Positions 1 to 12,640 of a stretch of DNA of 64,000 nt are shown one piece after another. Within the stretch, counting starts at the first letter, position 1, and the number at the start of each line of letters is the position of its first letter. The notes beneath the pieces were generated by a model. It worked only from the letters and a program-made list of their open reading frames with translations, was not told the origin of the DNA and searched no databases. The position numbers and the translations under genes are program-made. The stretch comes from Octopus sinensis (Eukaryota): assembly GCF_006345805.1 (NCBI RefSeq), contig NC_043024.1, positions 7,998,001-8,062,000 on the forward strand. Direction: 5' to 3'.

Positions 1-569
1 TCATTTCTGTTTTCTATGCTGGTATGGGTTGGATGGTTCGATATGAGCTGGCAAGCTGAAAGGCCACATCAAGCTCCAGTTGTCAGCTTTGGCATGGTTT
101 CTGCGGCTGGGTGCCTTTTCTAACCCTAATCACTTTACTGAGTGTACTAGGTGCTTTTTATGTGACACCAGCTTCAGTGCTTTCTATGTGTAACAAAGAC
201 AGGTGCTTCTTAGGTGGTACATGCATTGGTTGTTTGGTTGTTATTATATAGATAAGAATACATACAGATATAGTGCTGTGATTAATGTTAAGGTTGTCTG
301 TGTATCATTCAGACTGGCTACACAGCCAAGGGTAATAGATTTTTTCTCTCTAGGAAAATCATAGATTTAATTAACCAAGAGGTGGTGCTAGTTGATGATG
401 TTTATAAGCAATATTAGAAGTAATAGTGAAGTGTGTGTTTGTGGGAATTCAGCGTCGTGTAGAATGCAGTCTGGTAAGGATTGGACTGGCATGAAAGACA
501 ACACAGTGAATCAGTCTCACACTTTGTATAAACTAGGATTAACCAAGTAATGTACATGTAATGTCCTGG

Positions 570-805
570 ATTTGTGTGTGTGTGTATATAGATTTATATA
601 TATGTATATATATATTATATAATATTATAATATATATATATATATATATATATGATAGATTGCTAGCCACTACACTTTCTTTATTTTCTCTCCTTGTTTC
701 TTTCTGTGACCGTTATACTAATACATCTGTTTGATTTACACCACCTGTCTTTGTCTTTTGTTTTTTTGTGAATTCTCACTATATACACACACACACACAT
801 AACAC

Positions 806-838
<33 letters not shown>

Positions 839-1350
839 TATATATATACACACATATATATATACACACACATATATATATATATACACACACACACATA
901 TATACACACACACACACATATATATACACATATGTATATATACACACACACACACATATATATACATATATATACACACACACACATATATACACACACA
1001 CACATATATACACACACACACATATATACACACACATATATATACACACACACATATGCACACACATATATATACACACACACATATATATACACACACA
1101 CATATATATACACACATATATATATACACATATATATATACACATATATATACACACACATATATATATACACACACACACATATATATACACACACACA
1201 TATACACACACACATATATATATACACATATATATACACATATATATATATATACCACACACACACATATATATACACACACACACACACATATACACAT
1301 ATATATATATATACACACATATATATATATACACACACACACATATATAC
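570..1350. repeat. Compound (TA)n/(CA)n microsatellite; similar arrays at 1990-2525, 4750-5190, 5885-6150, 33690-34005, 40770-41850, 46600-46900, 61470-61825
   Basis: Direct inspection; source of the spurious YI/HT/CV-repeat ORFs. Confidence 0.95.
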
Positions 1351-2066
1351 TACAGCAAACTATCGAACAAACAAAACACATACGTTGAGTATGCGCGATC
1401 GATAATGTTTATATATGTATATAAAATATAGATCCCAACAACTTGTCTACTTAACTAGCAATTCTGACTCCCTGATGTTATTTCTTTTACTCTATAATAT
1501 TACTATTTAATATCATTGTATTATTTGACATTTAAAATTTATGTAAGCATTTATGTATGCATCCCTTCTTAAGAGGAAAACATGTTTTATGCCTAAGGAA
1601 GCCTATTTGTGTTTCCATGCATCTGTTGTCGAAGTGAATCTGGTATTTTTGGTCTGTGTCCAACTTAGCCTCTGTCGTCTTCCACACAAGACCTTTCCCA
1701 CAAAATCTGATCTCTCCGCAGAGTTCCTACCACTAGGATTTGAGCTAAGCCGATTAAGAGGGATGAGAATAGCTTAGGAGGAATGTTGGTTCCTTAACGT
1801 TCCTTTGTATATTTCCAGCAAGACATGGGAAGGAATGGTGTGTCTGTTGTATATATAAGCCAAGCGTTAGAACACATTGTATTCTGGAATTCTTCAGATT
1901 TCCTTCTGCTTTGTTTCTGTAATTCCATCTCCTCCTAGTCTTTTTCCATCAGATATTCTTTGGTTGTCTATCTGGAAATATTATATAACTCTCAGTGTGT
2001 ACACATATATATATGTGTGTGTGTATATGTCTGTATGTCCATGTATAGTGTATATGTATGTGTGTG

Positions 2067-2104
<38 letters not shown>

Positions 2105-3571
2105 ATGTATGTCTGTATGTGCATGTGTAGTGTGTATGTATGTCTGTATGTGCATGTGTAGTGTATATGTATGTCTATGTGTGTGTGTGTGTGTATATAT
2201 ATATATGTCTGTATGTATGTGTGCATGTATAGTGTATATATATGTATGTCTATGTATGTGTGTGCATGTATAGTGTGTGTGTGTGTATATATATATATGT
2301 GTGTGTGTGTGTGTGGTGTACATGTATAATATGTATGTGTGTGTGTGTGTGTGTACATGTATAATGTGTGTGTATGTGTGTGTGCATGTATAGTGTATAT
2401 ATGTGTGTGTGCATGTATAGTGTATATATATGTTTATGTGAATATATATATATTATATAAGTGTATATGTATACATATATATACACGTGTATTATGTATG
2501 TATGTATGTATGTATGTATGTACCAGATGGCTTATTCTGTATTAACGGTTGGGAGGCGAATAGTATCCCTTCTGTCTTGGAGTATAATGACATTCAGAGT
2601 TTGGTAACAGATCTGGTTTTTGAAATATTAATAAGAAACGGCAGAGAGAGAGAGAGGAACAGGGTATCGATTATTAATTTTCTTTTTTTTTTTTGTTTGT
2701 TTTTATTAATATAAAGATGGACAGAACGTTGAATTGGAAATAAAAGTCTGGATGGAATCAATACGTCAGTTTTTGGAATGATTATAAACTACAAGTGTAT
2801 CTTTCTCTTTTTCAATCAATATCTTTGACTGTCTTTTGTTGAAATATGGTGATTCTGAAGAATGTAGGAAGGTTTTTTTTTTTCTTCTTTAGTATTTTAT
2901 TTTGGCCTTTTTTTTATAGGAATTATTGCATATTTTAGAAATGCTATAAAGTGTGTGGTGTGTGTGTGTGTGTGTTTGTATGTGTATCATATAATCATTT
3001 TAATGTCCACTTTTCCATGCTTGCACAGGTCAGACAGAATATGTTAAGTGTTAAGAGTATTGAGGCAAGCTTTTCTACAGCTGGATGCCCTACCTGTTGC
3101 CAACCCTCTCCTCTTTCCCAGCAAGGTAATATTTCCACTGAAAACTGGAAGTGAATAGCATCATATATATGATGGGGTAATACTCCTTTTAAAACCATCA
3201 CATGATGTCAAGACCAGGGTACACACACACACACGAGGGGCTTCTTTTATGTCTGGCTATCACTCACAAGGCTTCGGTCAACCTAAGCCTATAGAGGTAC
3301 ACCTTGATAAAGGTGTTATGCAGTGGGACTGAACCTGAGTAACTCTGAATGAAAACTAACTCCGATGGGGGTGAACCAGTCCAACTTGTGTCAGCATGGA
3401 AGGTATATGCAAAATAAACTTTTGCAATGGTAGTGAGGTTGGTTATGAAACTTGTTTTGGATTCAGTCTCACGTTGCAGCACCTTGTGCAGATGTCTTCT
3501 GCAATGGTCCTAGAATGACCAATACCGCCTTGTGAATGAATGTAGACGACAGAAAACTGAAACTGAATGAA

Positions 3572-4150
3572 GGCGGTGAGCTGGCAGAAATGTTAGCATG
3601 CCGGGTGAAATGCTTAGCGGTATTTTGTCGGATGAAAGGCCGAGGTCGACTTTGCCTTTCATCCTTTCGGGGTCGATAAATTAAGTACCAGTTACACACT
3701 GGGGTCGATGTAATCGACTTAATACCTATGTCTGTCCTTGTTTGTCCCCTCTGTGTTTAGCCCCTTGTGGGTAATAAAGAAATAGGTATTTTGTCTGCCG
3801 CTACGTTCTGAGTTCAAATTCCGCCGAAGTCAACTTTGCTTTTCATCCTTTCGGGGTCAATTAAATAAGTACCAGTTATGCACTGGGGTTGATATAATCG
3901 ACTTAATCCCTTTGTCTGTCCTTGTTTGTCCCTTCTGTGTTTAGCCCCTTGTGGGTAGTAAAGAAATAGGTATTTCGTCAGCCGCTACGTTCTGAGTTCA
4001 AATTCCGCTGAGGTCGACTTTGCCATTCATCCTTTCATTGTCGATTAAATAAGTACCAGTTACACACTGGGGTCAATATAATTGACTTAATCCGTTTGTC
4101 CTTGTTTGTCCCCTCTGTGTTTAGCACCTTGTGTGCAGTAAAGAAATAGA
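3572..4150 (+). mobile_element. SINE family B (tRNA head plus Meta-domain-like core), head-to-tail trimer; other copies at 7085+, 8443+, 28742+, 39913+, 47420-, 50142-, 57822+
   Basis: Core gtcgactttgcctttcatcctttcggggtcgataaattaagtaccag resembles the MetaSINE domain (from recall); 16-nt TSDs at 28726/28964 and 50126/50373. Confidence 0.85.
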
Positions 4151-5063
4151 ATTCTGAAAAGCTTTGTGTGTTCGCAATTGCATCTTCGTCCTTTGTCATC
4201 ATGTGATAGTTGTAAATGAGTCACTGTCAAACAAGCATGTTATTCATTTCTAGGGTTTAGCAAGAACATGTCTGATTGTGAGGAAATGTTACCTTACTCC
4301 AAAACAGGTGAGGGTTGGCAACAGGAAGGGGCCTCCAGCCGCAGAAAATCTGCCTCAATAAAACTGTCTGACCCATGCAAGCACAGAAAAGTGAACATTA
4401 AAACTGTGATGGTGGTTTTGCAAGGGGGATGGTTTTTTAGCATTGAGAAAGCAGCAGAGATACAGACAAAGCATGTAGTCATGTAGTTTATAAGGCAGGG
4501 AAAATGCATGGGTGGGCCTTACTCTGTTGACATGTGGAAACCGTTTTTTACAGTGATAAATCACCATAGCTTTTTTCTTTTACTGGTTCCAATCATTTGA
4601 TTGCTTCAAGGATTTTAGTCAAACAAATCAGCTCCTGTACTTTTTCCCTCAAAATCTGGTACTTATTCTAGGGGTCTCTTTTGCTGAACTTCTCATTTAT
4701 GGGGATGCAAGCAAAACAGGTATCAGTTGTCAAGTGGTGGGAGGACAAACAAACACACACACAACACACACACCACACACACAAACTCACACTCACATAC
4801 ACACACACACACACACAAACTCACTCACACACACACTCACACACAAACTCACACTCACACGCACACAAACTCACACTCACACACAAACTCTCACACACAC
4901 ACACACACAAACTCACATTCACACAAACTCACACTCACACAAACTCACTCACTCACACACACACACACACACAAACTCACACTCACACACAAACTCTCAC
5001 ACACACACACACACACACAAACTCACACTCACACAAACTCACTCACTCACACACACAAACTCA

Positions 5064-5101
<38 letters not shown>

Positions 5102-5694
5102 CACATTCACACAAACTCACACTCACATAAACTCACTCACACACACACACACAAACTCACTCACAACACACACACACACACACACGCACACTTGCAATGA
5201 TGCCGTTGTGCATATTTTCTGTCCACCAAATTTACTCTCGAGGCTTTGGTTGGCCCAGGATGATTGTAGAAGATGCTTTGCTCAAAGTGCTGCACCATGG
5301 GGCTGAACCCGAAACCACATGGTTGCAATGTGAGCTCCTTAACCGCACAGCCATGCCTATACTAATAGATGCTGATGGCTTTCATTGATTCAGGAAGCTT
5401 TAAAGAGAACAGCCTGAGTCATTAAATACTAAGTAATGGCAGTAGCAGCAGGAGTGTCAGCAGCAGCAGTGATAAGGAAAGGGTAGTTGAGAGAGAGGGA
5501 AGAAAACCTGAAGCTAAATATAAGAATGTTAAGAGTTTGCAAGTTCATTCATGGGTAGAATGTACTTTAGGAAAAACTGTGATAGAAATGTGTTGGGAAG
5601 AAAGGAAGGGGAACATTTCTGAAGCTGACAGTCCACATGACATATAAAAATGAATGGGTCTGTCTGTCTGGATATGTATATATACAGGACACCA

Positions 5695-5888
5695 TGATAG
5701 ATTGTTAGCTACTACATGTATTTTTTTTGTCTCCTTGTTTTTTTCTGTGTATCTTTCTGTCGAAGAGCGTAGGCTCGAAACGTAAAGGACTTTTTCTATT
5801 TCTATTCCTGAGCGCTATACTAATACATTTGTTTGTTTGTACTCCACCTGCCTTTGTCTTTTGTTTATTTTCGTAAACTTTCCCTTTA
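5695..5888 (+). mobile_element. Pyrimidine-rich non-autonomous PLE-like element carrying HHR1; paralog at 653-781 lacks the ribozyme
   Basis: Aligns end to end with 653-781 except for a 61-nt block (5750-5810); followed by a (TA/CA)n array. Confidence 0.55.
5752..5789 (+). ncRNA. Minimal PLE-type hammerhead ribozyme motif, A6U core variant (HHR1)
   Basis: UCUUU-CUGUCGA-A-GAGC(GUAG)GCUC-GAAA-CG-UA-AAGGA: stem I 5 bp (one GU), stem II 4 bp, palindromic ACGU stem III. Confidence 0.62.
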
Positions 5889-5899
5889 TATATATATAT

Positions 5900-5955
<56 letters not shown>

Positions 5956-6114
5956 ATATGTGTGTATATATGTGTGTGTGTGTATATATAGATGTGTGTG
6001 TGTATATATAGATGTGTGTGTGTGTGTATGTATATATATGTGTGTGTGTGTATGTATATATATGTGTGTGTGTATATATATATGTGTGTGTGTGTATATA
6101 TATATGTGTATATA

Positions 6115-6146
<32 letters not shown>

Positions 6147-6257
6147 ATATGTATTTATAATCAGTGCCACTGCATGGTGCTTCGGACAAGTGTCTTCTAC
6201 ATATACAGGTGTCAGTTCGTTATGATCGTTTCAAGCGACTCCTTTTTAATTGATTAA

Positions 6258-6493
6258 CCCAATAGTGCTCAATTTTTTTTCTTTAATTTATTACCAAAAA
6301 TATTTTTTTCATACAACTTTATCTGATACTGAATATATATATATATAAAAAAAAAAACAAAAAAACATTATTTGAAAGACACTCCAGTCTTGATGACTAA
6401 CTTTTTAAAGATATCTCAGAAAAATACAGGTATTACAGAAATATGATGGATTATCCTTCTGGTCCTAAAAAAAGGACCACGGGCACTAAAGGG
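6258..6493. mobile_element. piggyBac-like MITE 1
   Basis: TTAA-CCCAATAGTGCTC ... GGGCACTAAAGGG-TTAA. Confidence 0.65.
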
Positions 6494-6497
6494 TTAA

Positions 6498-6717
6498 CCC
6501 TTTTGTTACTGTATTTATTTTGAGATGCTCTGTGTTTCTTTCAATTACTTGAAATATAACAAAGAATTTAGTAAAATAACTTGGTTATCATTCAGCTAGT
6601 GTTAGGAACATAAATTGTGACTAAGGTTTGGTGAAAGATTTTAATTCAAAACTTATGAAAACAAGACATTTGTATTCAGAGTCAGGGCCGGTTTCAGCTG
6701 GGTTGGTAATGAAAGGG
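6498..6717. mobile_element. piggyBac-like MITE 2 (second copy at 51791-52012)
   Basis: TTAA-CCCTTTTGTTAC ... GTAATGAAAGGG-TTAA; full-length paralog near 51.8 kb. Confidence 0.78.
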
Positions 6718-8844
6718 TTAATGAAAATAATACATCTTTGTAAGCAAGCCGTTTTCTTCAGATGACTGCGTAGACTTCAAACAAGAAGGACAAGCAAACT
6801 GCTTAAACATATTCATATCACCAACGGAGCTTAAATATTTTTGATTCTGTTGATATATCTTTAACAGAATGAGTATAGAAAATAGTGTATATCATGTCAA
6901 ACCTACTAAAATTTAGAGGTTGGAAGAGGTTATAGTGGTGGGAGTGAATAATTGAGAATAACGACCTATTTACCTACACCTTGATGACAAAAGAGAGAAG
7001 GTTGTCATCAACAGGCTAAACTTTAATATTTTGGGCGATATATTAATTAGTGTCATTGTAGCTTACCTGACTAACAATATAGAGCGGTGAGCTGGCAGAA
7101 TCGTTAGCACACCAGGCAAAATGCTTGGTGGTATTTCATCTGCCGTTATGTTCTGAGTTCAAATTCCGCTGAGGTCAACTTTATCTTTCATCCTTTTGGG
7201 GTCAATTAAATAAGTACCAGTTACACACACTGGTGTTGATGTAATCAACTTAATCCGTTTGTCTGTCCTTCTTTGTCTCCTCTGTGTTTAGCCCTTTGTG
7301 GGTAGTAAAGAAATAGGTATTTCATCTGAGTTCTGAGTTCAAAATCTGCTGAAGTCAACTTTATCTTTCATCCTTTCGGGGGGGGGGGTCAATTAAATAA
7401 GTACCAGTTACCACTGGGGTCGATATAATTGACTTAATCCGTTTGTCTGTCCTTGTTTGTCCACTCTATGTTTAGCCCCCTGTGGGTAATAAAGAAATAA
7501 ATGTACTGGAATAATATATCTGGCTTTGTCAACACCAAAGGGGTTAGGCTTGGGGTAGTAATAAGGGAATGCATGATGGGGAAGGAGTGGTAATTTGAAA
7601 AAAGGGATAGGAAGAGCTAATAGTATTTACTTTGATTATCATGTTAAAGGGGAAGGTAATGAAAGACTATAAAAATAGATATTAAAAATTAGGGGTGGAA
7701 TTTAAAATCAGAAATATGGGAAGCAGTATATTGTAACTGAGCTTTATATATAATGTTAATGCCAAAATATAAATGAATATATGGCTGAAGGTCAGACATT
7801 AAACTTAAATATTATTAAGGGGATACTTTAAGATATAAGAGAAGGGGATACTTTAAGACATAAGAGATGGGGATTCTTTAAGATATAGGAGAAGTAAGAC
7901 TTTTTTAAACTCTAATGTATAGAGTATCCTCATAAAATATATGATGAATATATAATGGAATTATTTATGATACAGATACCTATAGAATACCTTAATTCTT
8001 TTGTTACCAAACCGGCTGAAACTGGCTCGGGCTGTCATTGTCCCTTAGTCACTTTGTCTGTCATTGCTTGTCCCCTCTATATTTAGCCCCTTGTGGGCAA
8101 TAAAGAATTTTGCAGAATATTGGAAATGATTGACATTCATCTACAACAATCACATAATTTCGAAACAAAGTAACTCACACCTTAATGTGTCATGCTTTTT
8201 TCTTTTAAGATAGTAAAGTGGGTGAGTTGAGGGAATTTTGGCTGCTTTTTCTAGCAGATTGTGTGACTGTGTATCATGTTTAATGTCACACAGTCATACC
8301 TATGCCTATATTAAATAAAATGATTTTTGTCCTACTTGCATAGGTTGGACAGAGTTTATTGAGGCAGATTTTCTATGTTTGGATACATTCCAGTCACCTA
8401 CGTTTACTGGTTTTCCAAAAGGAGGTAATATTTCTCCATGGTAAGGCGCAAGCTGATAGAATCGTTAGCACGCTGGACGAAATGCGTAGCCGTATTTCGT
8501 CTGCTGTTATGTTCCGAGTTCAAATTCCGCCGAGGTCAACTTTGCCTTTCATCCTTTCGGGGTCGACTAAATAAGTACCAGTTACGCACTAGGGTCGATG
8601 TAATCGACTTAGTCCCTTTGTCTGTCCTTGTTTGTCCCCTCTATATTTAGCCCCTTGTGGGCAATAAAGAATTAAATATTTCTCCATGGCCAGACATGAT
8701 TTTGCAGAATATTGGAAATGATTGACATTCATTTACAACAATCACATAATGTCAAAACAAAGTAACTGGCGGTGCCCCAGCATGGCCACAGCTCGTGAGC
8801 TGAAACTAGATAAAATAAAAAATAAAATAAAAATAACACACCTA

Positions 8845-9245
8845 GGCGCCGGAGTGGCTGTGTGGTAATTAGCTTGTTTACCAACCACATCGTTCCGGGT
8901 TCAGTCCCACTGCATGGCACCTTGGGCAAGAGTCTTCTACTATAGCTCGGGCCGACCAAAGCCTTGTGAGTGGATTTGGTAGACAGAAACTGAAAGAAGC
9001 CCGTCGTATATATGTATATATTTATGCGTGTTATATGTTTGTGTGTCTGTGTTTGTCCCCTAGCATTACTTGACAACCGATGCTGGTGTGTTTATGTCCC
9101 CGTTACTTAGCGGTTCAGCAAAAGACCTATAGAATAAGTACTGGGCTTACAAAAGAATAAGTCCGGGGTCGAGTTGCTCGATTAAAGGCGGTGCTCCAGC
9201 ATGGCCGCAGTCAAAATGACTGAAACAAGTAAAAAGAGAAAAAGA
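8845..9245 (+). mobile_element. tRNA-derived SINE family A (representative; further copies near 13065-, 14003-, 16315+, 17880-, 24312-, 25670-, 27400-, 28050-, 35112+, 42292/43620-, 53030+, 57222+, 59981+)
   Basis: Head ggcgcaggagtggctgtgtggtaag...gggttcagtccc with A/B-box-like motifs, internal (TA/CA)n and tail aaatgactgaaacaagtaaaagag(ta), repeated more than 12 times. Confidence 0.9.
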
Positions 9246-10634
9246 GAGAGAGACCTTCATGTGTCATACTTTTTTTCTTTTAAGATAGTAAAGTGGGTGA
9301 GTTGAGGGAATTTTGGCTGCTTCTTCTAGCAGATTGTGTGACTGTGTATCATGTTTATTATTGATGAGAGCATTACATTTAATTCAGGTAACTATCTCTG
9401 GCCTATTTTTATACCTGTCTGTGAGCCAGCTGCTCAATGTCACAGCTAATTCAATGTGTGTGTATGTCATTTGTATTCTTATTTGTCCAATTGGGATCAG
9501 GGATAATGTTTAGGTATTTCTATGCCTTTGTGCTTTGAAATTAGACATATTGTTAGCATTGAATTGATGTTGTATCTGTAGTTGTTCTCATGTTATATAC
9601 CTCACACTCGTGTGGGAGAGCTGCTGGGTGTGGGATAACAGACAGGATGATTTAATTGAAGAAACTGGCCTGATAGATAAGATACTAGTCTGGGCTGTTG
9701 TCTCGTGAGACTGTAAAATAGAGTTTCAGTTTACTTAGTTGATGAAATGAATTTAGCAGTCTCCCTGGGAAAGTTTATCATTATCATCATGATCATCATC
9801 ATCATCATCACCACTGATTTAACGTACACTTCTGCCGGTGGCATGTAAGAGAACCATCCGAACGTGACCGTAGCCAGCACCGCATCGACTGGCCTCCGTG
9901 CCAGTGGCACGTAACAAACACCATCCGATCGTGGCCGTTGCCAGCCTCGCCTGGCCTCCATACCGGTGGCACGTAAAAAGCACCATCCGATCGTGGCCGT
10001 TGCCAGCCTCGCCTGGCCTCCTTGCTGGTGGCATGTAAAAAGCACCCACTACACTCACGGAGTGGTTGGTGTTAGGAAGGGCATCCAGCCGTAGAAACAC
10101 TGCCAGATCAGACTGGGCCTGGTGCAGCCTTCGGGCTTCCCAGACCCCAGTTGAACCGTCCAACCCATGCTAGCATGGAAAGCGGACGTTAAACGATGAT
10201 GATGATTCTCTATGCTTGCATGGATCAAATGGAATTCATTGAGGCAGATATTCTAGGGCCGGATGCTCATCTTGTCATTAACCCTCATCTGTTTCCAAGC
10301 AAGGTGGTATGTTCCCTAGACTGCACATGTTTTCTTGGAATAATGGAAAGGAATGACCCTGCTTATGTGACTTGTGTGATGCTCATTTGCATCTATAATG
10401 TAATTTCAAGGCAAGTAGATACTAACACACACACAGACACACACACACATGATATTCTTCTTTCGGTTTCCATATACTGGACACTTGCCAAAGGCAGCAT
10501 GCTGTGGGACTGAATCTGAAGCTATGTGGTTTCGCCTTTACAGCCATTGTAGAATTCAGCATGAAAAAGGACCATTTCTCGGTAAATATTTTATAATAAG
10601 GGTTCAGCAAAGATTTGCTTTACCACATGCCGAA

Positions 10635-10670
<36 letters not shown>

Positions 10671-10688
10671 GTGTGTATATATATATAC

Positions 10689-10789
10689 AATTATAACAAT
10701 GAGGGTCTTTGCAACAAGTTGCTAGACCACATACCGAAAGTTTTAGAAATAGCAGTCCTCTTGTTGCAAAGACCCTCATTGTTATAATT
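10689..10789. repeat. Perfect 30-bp inverted repeat, 41-nt spacer
   Basis: aattataacaatgagggtctttgcaacaag and its reverse complement. Confidence 0.92.
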
Positions 10790-11540
10790 ATATAAACTTT
10801 TACCGAATATGGTCCTTTTCCATACCAAAATATTATTAAATTAATTATATTTCACCAAGGTGCCACGCATTGGGACTGAACCTGGAACCATGTGGTTGGT
10901 AAACAAGCTACTTACCACACAGCCACTCCTGTGCTAAAAAAAAAAAAAAAAAGAAGTATAGTGTTTGATTTGTACAACTAAACCTTTGGTGGTGGTGCCT
11001 CAGCGTAACCACAGTCTAGTAACTGAAACAAATAACAAAATAAGATAAATGATAGCAACAAAGAAAAGACAAAAAAAAAAAACTTAATCTATTTGATCAG
11101 CAAAAATTAAGTATTAATTATACTTGCTGTGCATTGATAAAATTACTAGATTTGCTCACAGCAGAAGAAAGTGTTAACATTAATAAAATTAATAAAACTC
11201 AACGAGGAACAGGAAGATGAAGATTAATTTGATGAACAGAAATGAAGTGTTCTATACTTTCTGCTCTGTATTTACTGTTTTATCTTGTATTAATATGATG
11301 TACCTGCTGTTAACACACCTGGAACACTGGTTTCCACTATCTACATCCTGGTGGTGGTGGAGACAAGCTCAAACATGTAGCCATCCCACGCACACATACA
11401 CACAATATTATCGCCATCATTTTAGCTTCCAGTTTGTCCACTTTTGCTTGAGTTGGTTGGAGTTTATTAGAGCAGATTTTCTATAGCTGGATACCCTTCC
11501 TATCATCAACACTTACCTGTTTCCAAGTAAGGTAAATATT

Positions 11541-12051
11541 GCGAATGATTCTCCTTTACGGCAGCGAGTCATGGTCAGTGAGGGTGGAAGATATTAAGTG
11601 ACTAGAATCCTTCTATCACCTCTGTCTATGCTGCATCCTTCGTGTCTGATGGCATCACTTTGACTCCAACAATTCGGTGCAACACCAGTGCAGAATCACA
11701 TCTCTCCGACAAGCCATCCTAACGAGACGTCTGCAATGGCTGGGTCATGCCCTCCATCGTCAACCAGGAGAATTCATCTACAAAGCAATTGCCCCAGCTC
11801 CCCTTCAGGGTTGGCAAAAGCGATGTGGTGGACAACGAAAGACCTGGCTGATGACAGTCAAGGCTGATTTGGAACCCAACCTAGGCCCCCATATCTACGG
11901 CGTTCGCTGCTGGAATAAGGAGTGGTTGGAGATCATGTGGTCGTTAGCTTCAAATTGCCAGGCCTGGTCGGCGTTTGTGAGAGATGCAGCATTGAGGATG
12001 AATGAAGTCAGCTCAACCCACTCCGGGTGAATGCTGTCTCAAGTCAAGAAG
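11541..12051 (+). mobile_element. 5'-truncated RTE-clade LINE with 12-bp TSD (3' fragments also at 18724-18830 - and 33085-33270 -)
   Basis: RRLQWLGHALHR...GWQKRCGGQRKTW; TSD aaggtaaatatt at 11529-11540 and 12052-12063. Confidence 0.85.
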
Positions 12052-12145
12052 AAGGTAAATATTTCCTCATTGTCAGACGTATTCTTGCAGAATATTGGAA
12101 ATGAAGAATGATACTGCTTGAATGACTGACAATCGTTTACAACCA

Positions 12146-12433
12146 CATGGAGGCACATGGCTTAGTGGTTAGAGCAGCGGACTCGCGGTCGTGGGATCGT
12201 GGGTTCGAATTTCAGACCGGGCGATGTGTGTTTATGAGCGGCTCCAGCAGAAGGTAATGGCGAAACTTCTGCTGACTCTTTCGCCACAACTTTCTCTCCC
12301 TCTTTTCTTCTGCATCTTGCAGCTCACCTGCGACGGACCAGCGTCCCGTCCAGGTGGAGGAACCTATACGCCAAGGAAACCGGGAAACCGGCCCTTATGA
12401 GCCAGGCATGGCTCGAGAAGGAACAAACAACAA
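12146..12433 (+). mobile_element. tRNA-derived SINE with a V-domain-like core and (AAC)n tail
   Basis: tRNA-like head tggcttagtggttagagcagcggactcgcgg...gggttcgaatt; ctgcgacggaccagcgtcccgtccaggtg resembles the V-SINE domain (from recall). Confidence 0.65.
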
Positions 12434-12471
12434 CCATGCAGTGTCAAGACATGGAGACATACACACACATG

Positions 12472-12640
12472 CATCATCATCATTGTTCGACCGTGGTCGA
12501 GACAATGGAATTTACTATGTTACGCCAGACTTCACGGTCCATCATAGCATTACGGAAGTCCTGTTATTGGATGCCTGTATCCCTGGAGATTATATCAGGG
12601 TAGGAGAGTGTGCGCCCTCTGGTATTGCGAGCAGATGGCA
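12472..12640 (-). mobile_element. RTE-like LINE 3' end with (ATG)n tail (second copy at 47005-47168)
   Basis: Minus-strand translation ...SYPDIISRDTGIQ*QDLRNAMMDREVWRNIVNSIVSTTVEQ*. Confidence 0.65.

Noticed and set aside
681-1405. Long ORFs of YI/HT/CV repeats here and at 2.0-2.5, 4.7-5.3, 5.8-6.2, 21-22, 37-38, 40.6-41.8, 46 and 61.4-61.9 kb
   Set aside because: They are translations of stop-free microsatellites in several frames at once; not genes.
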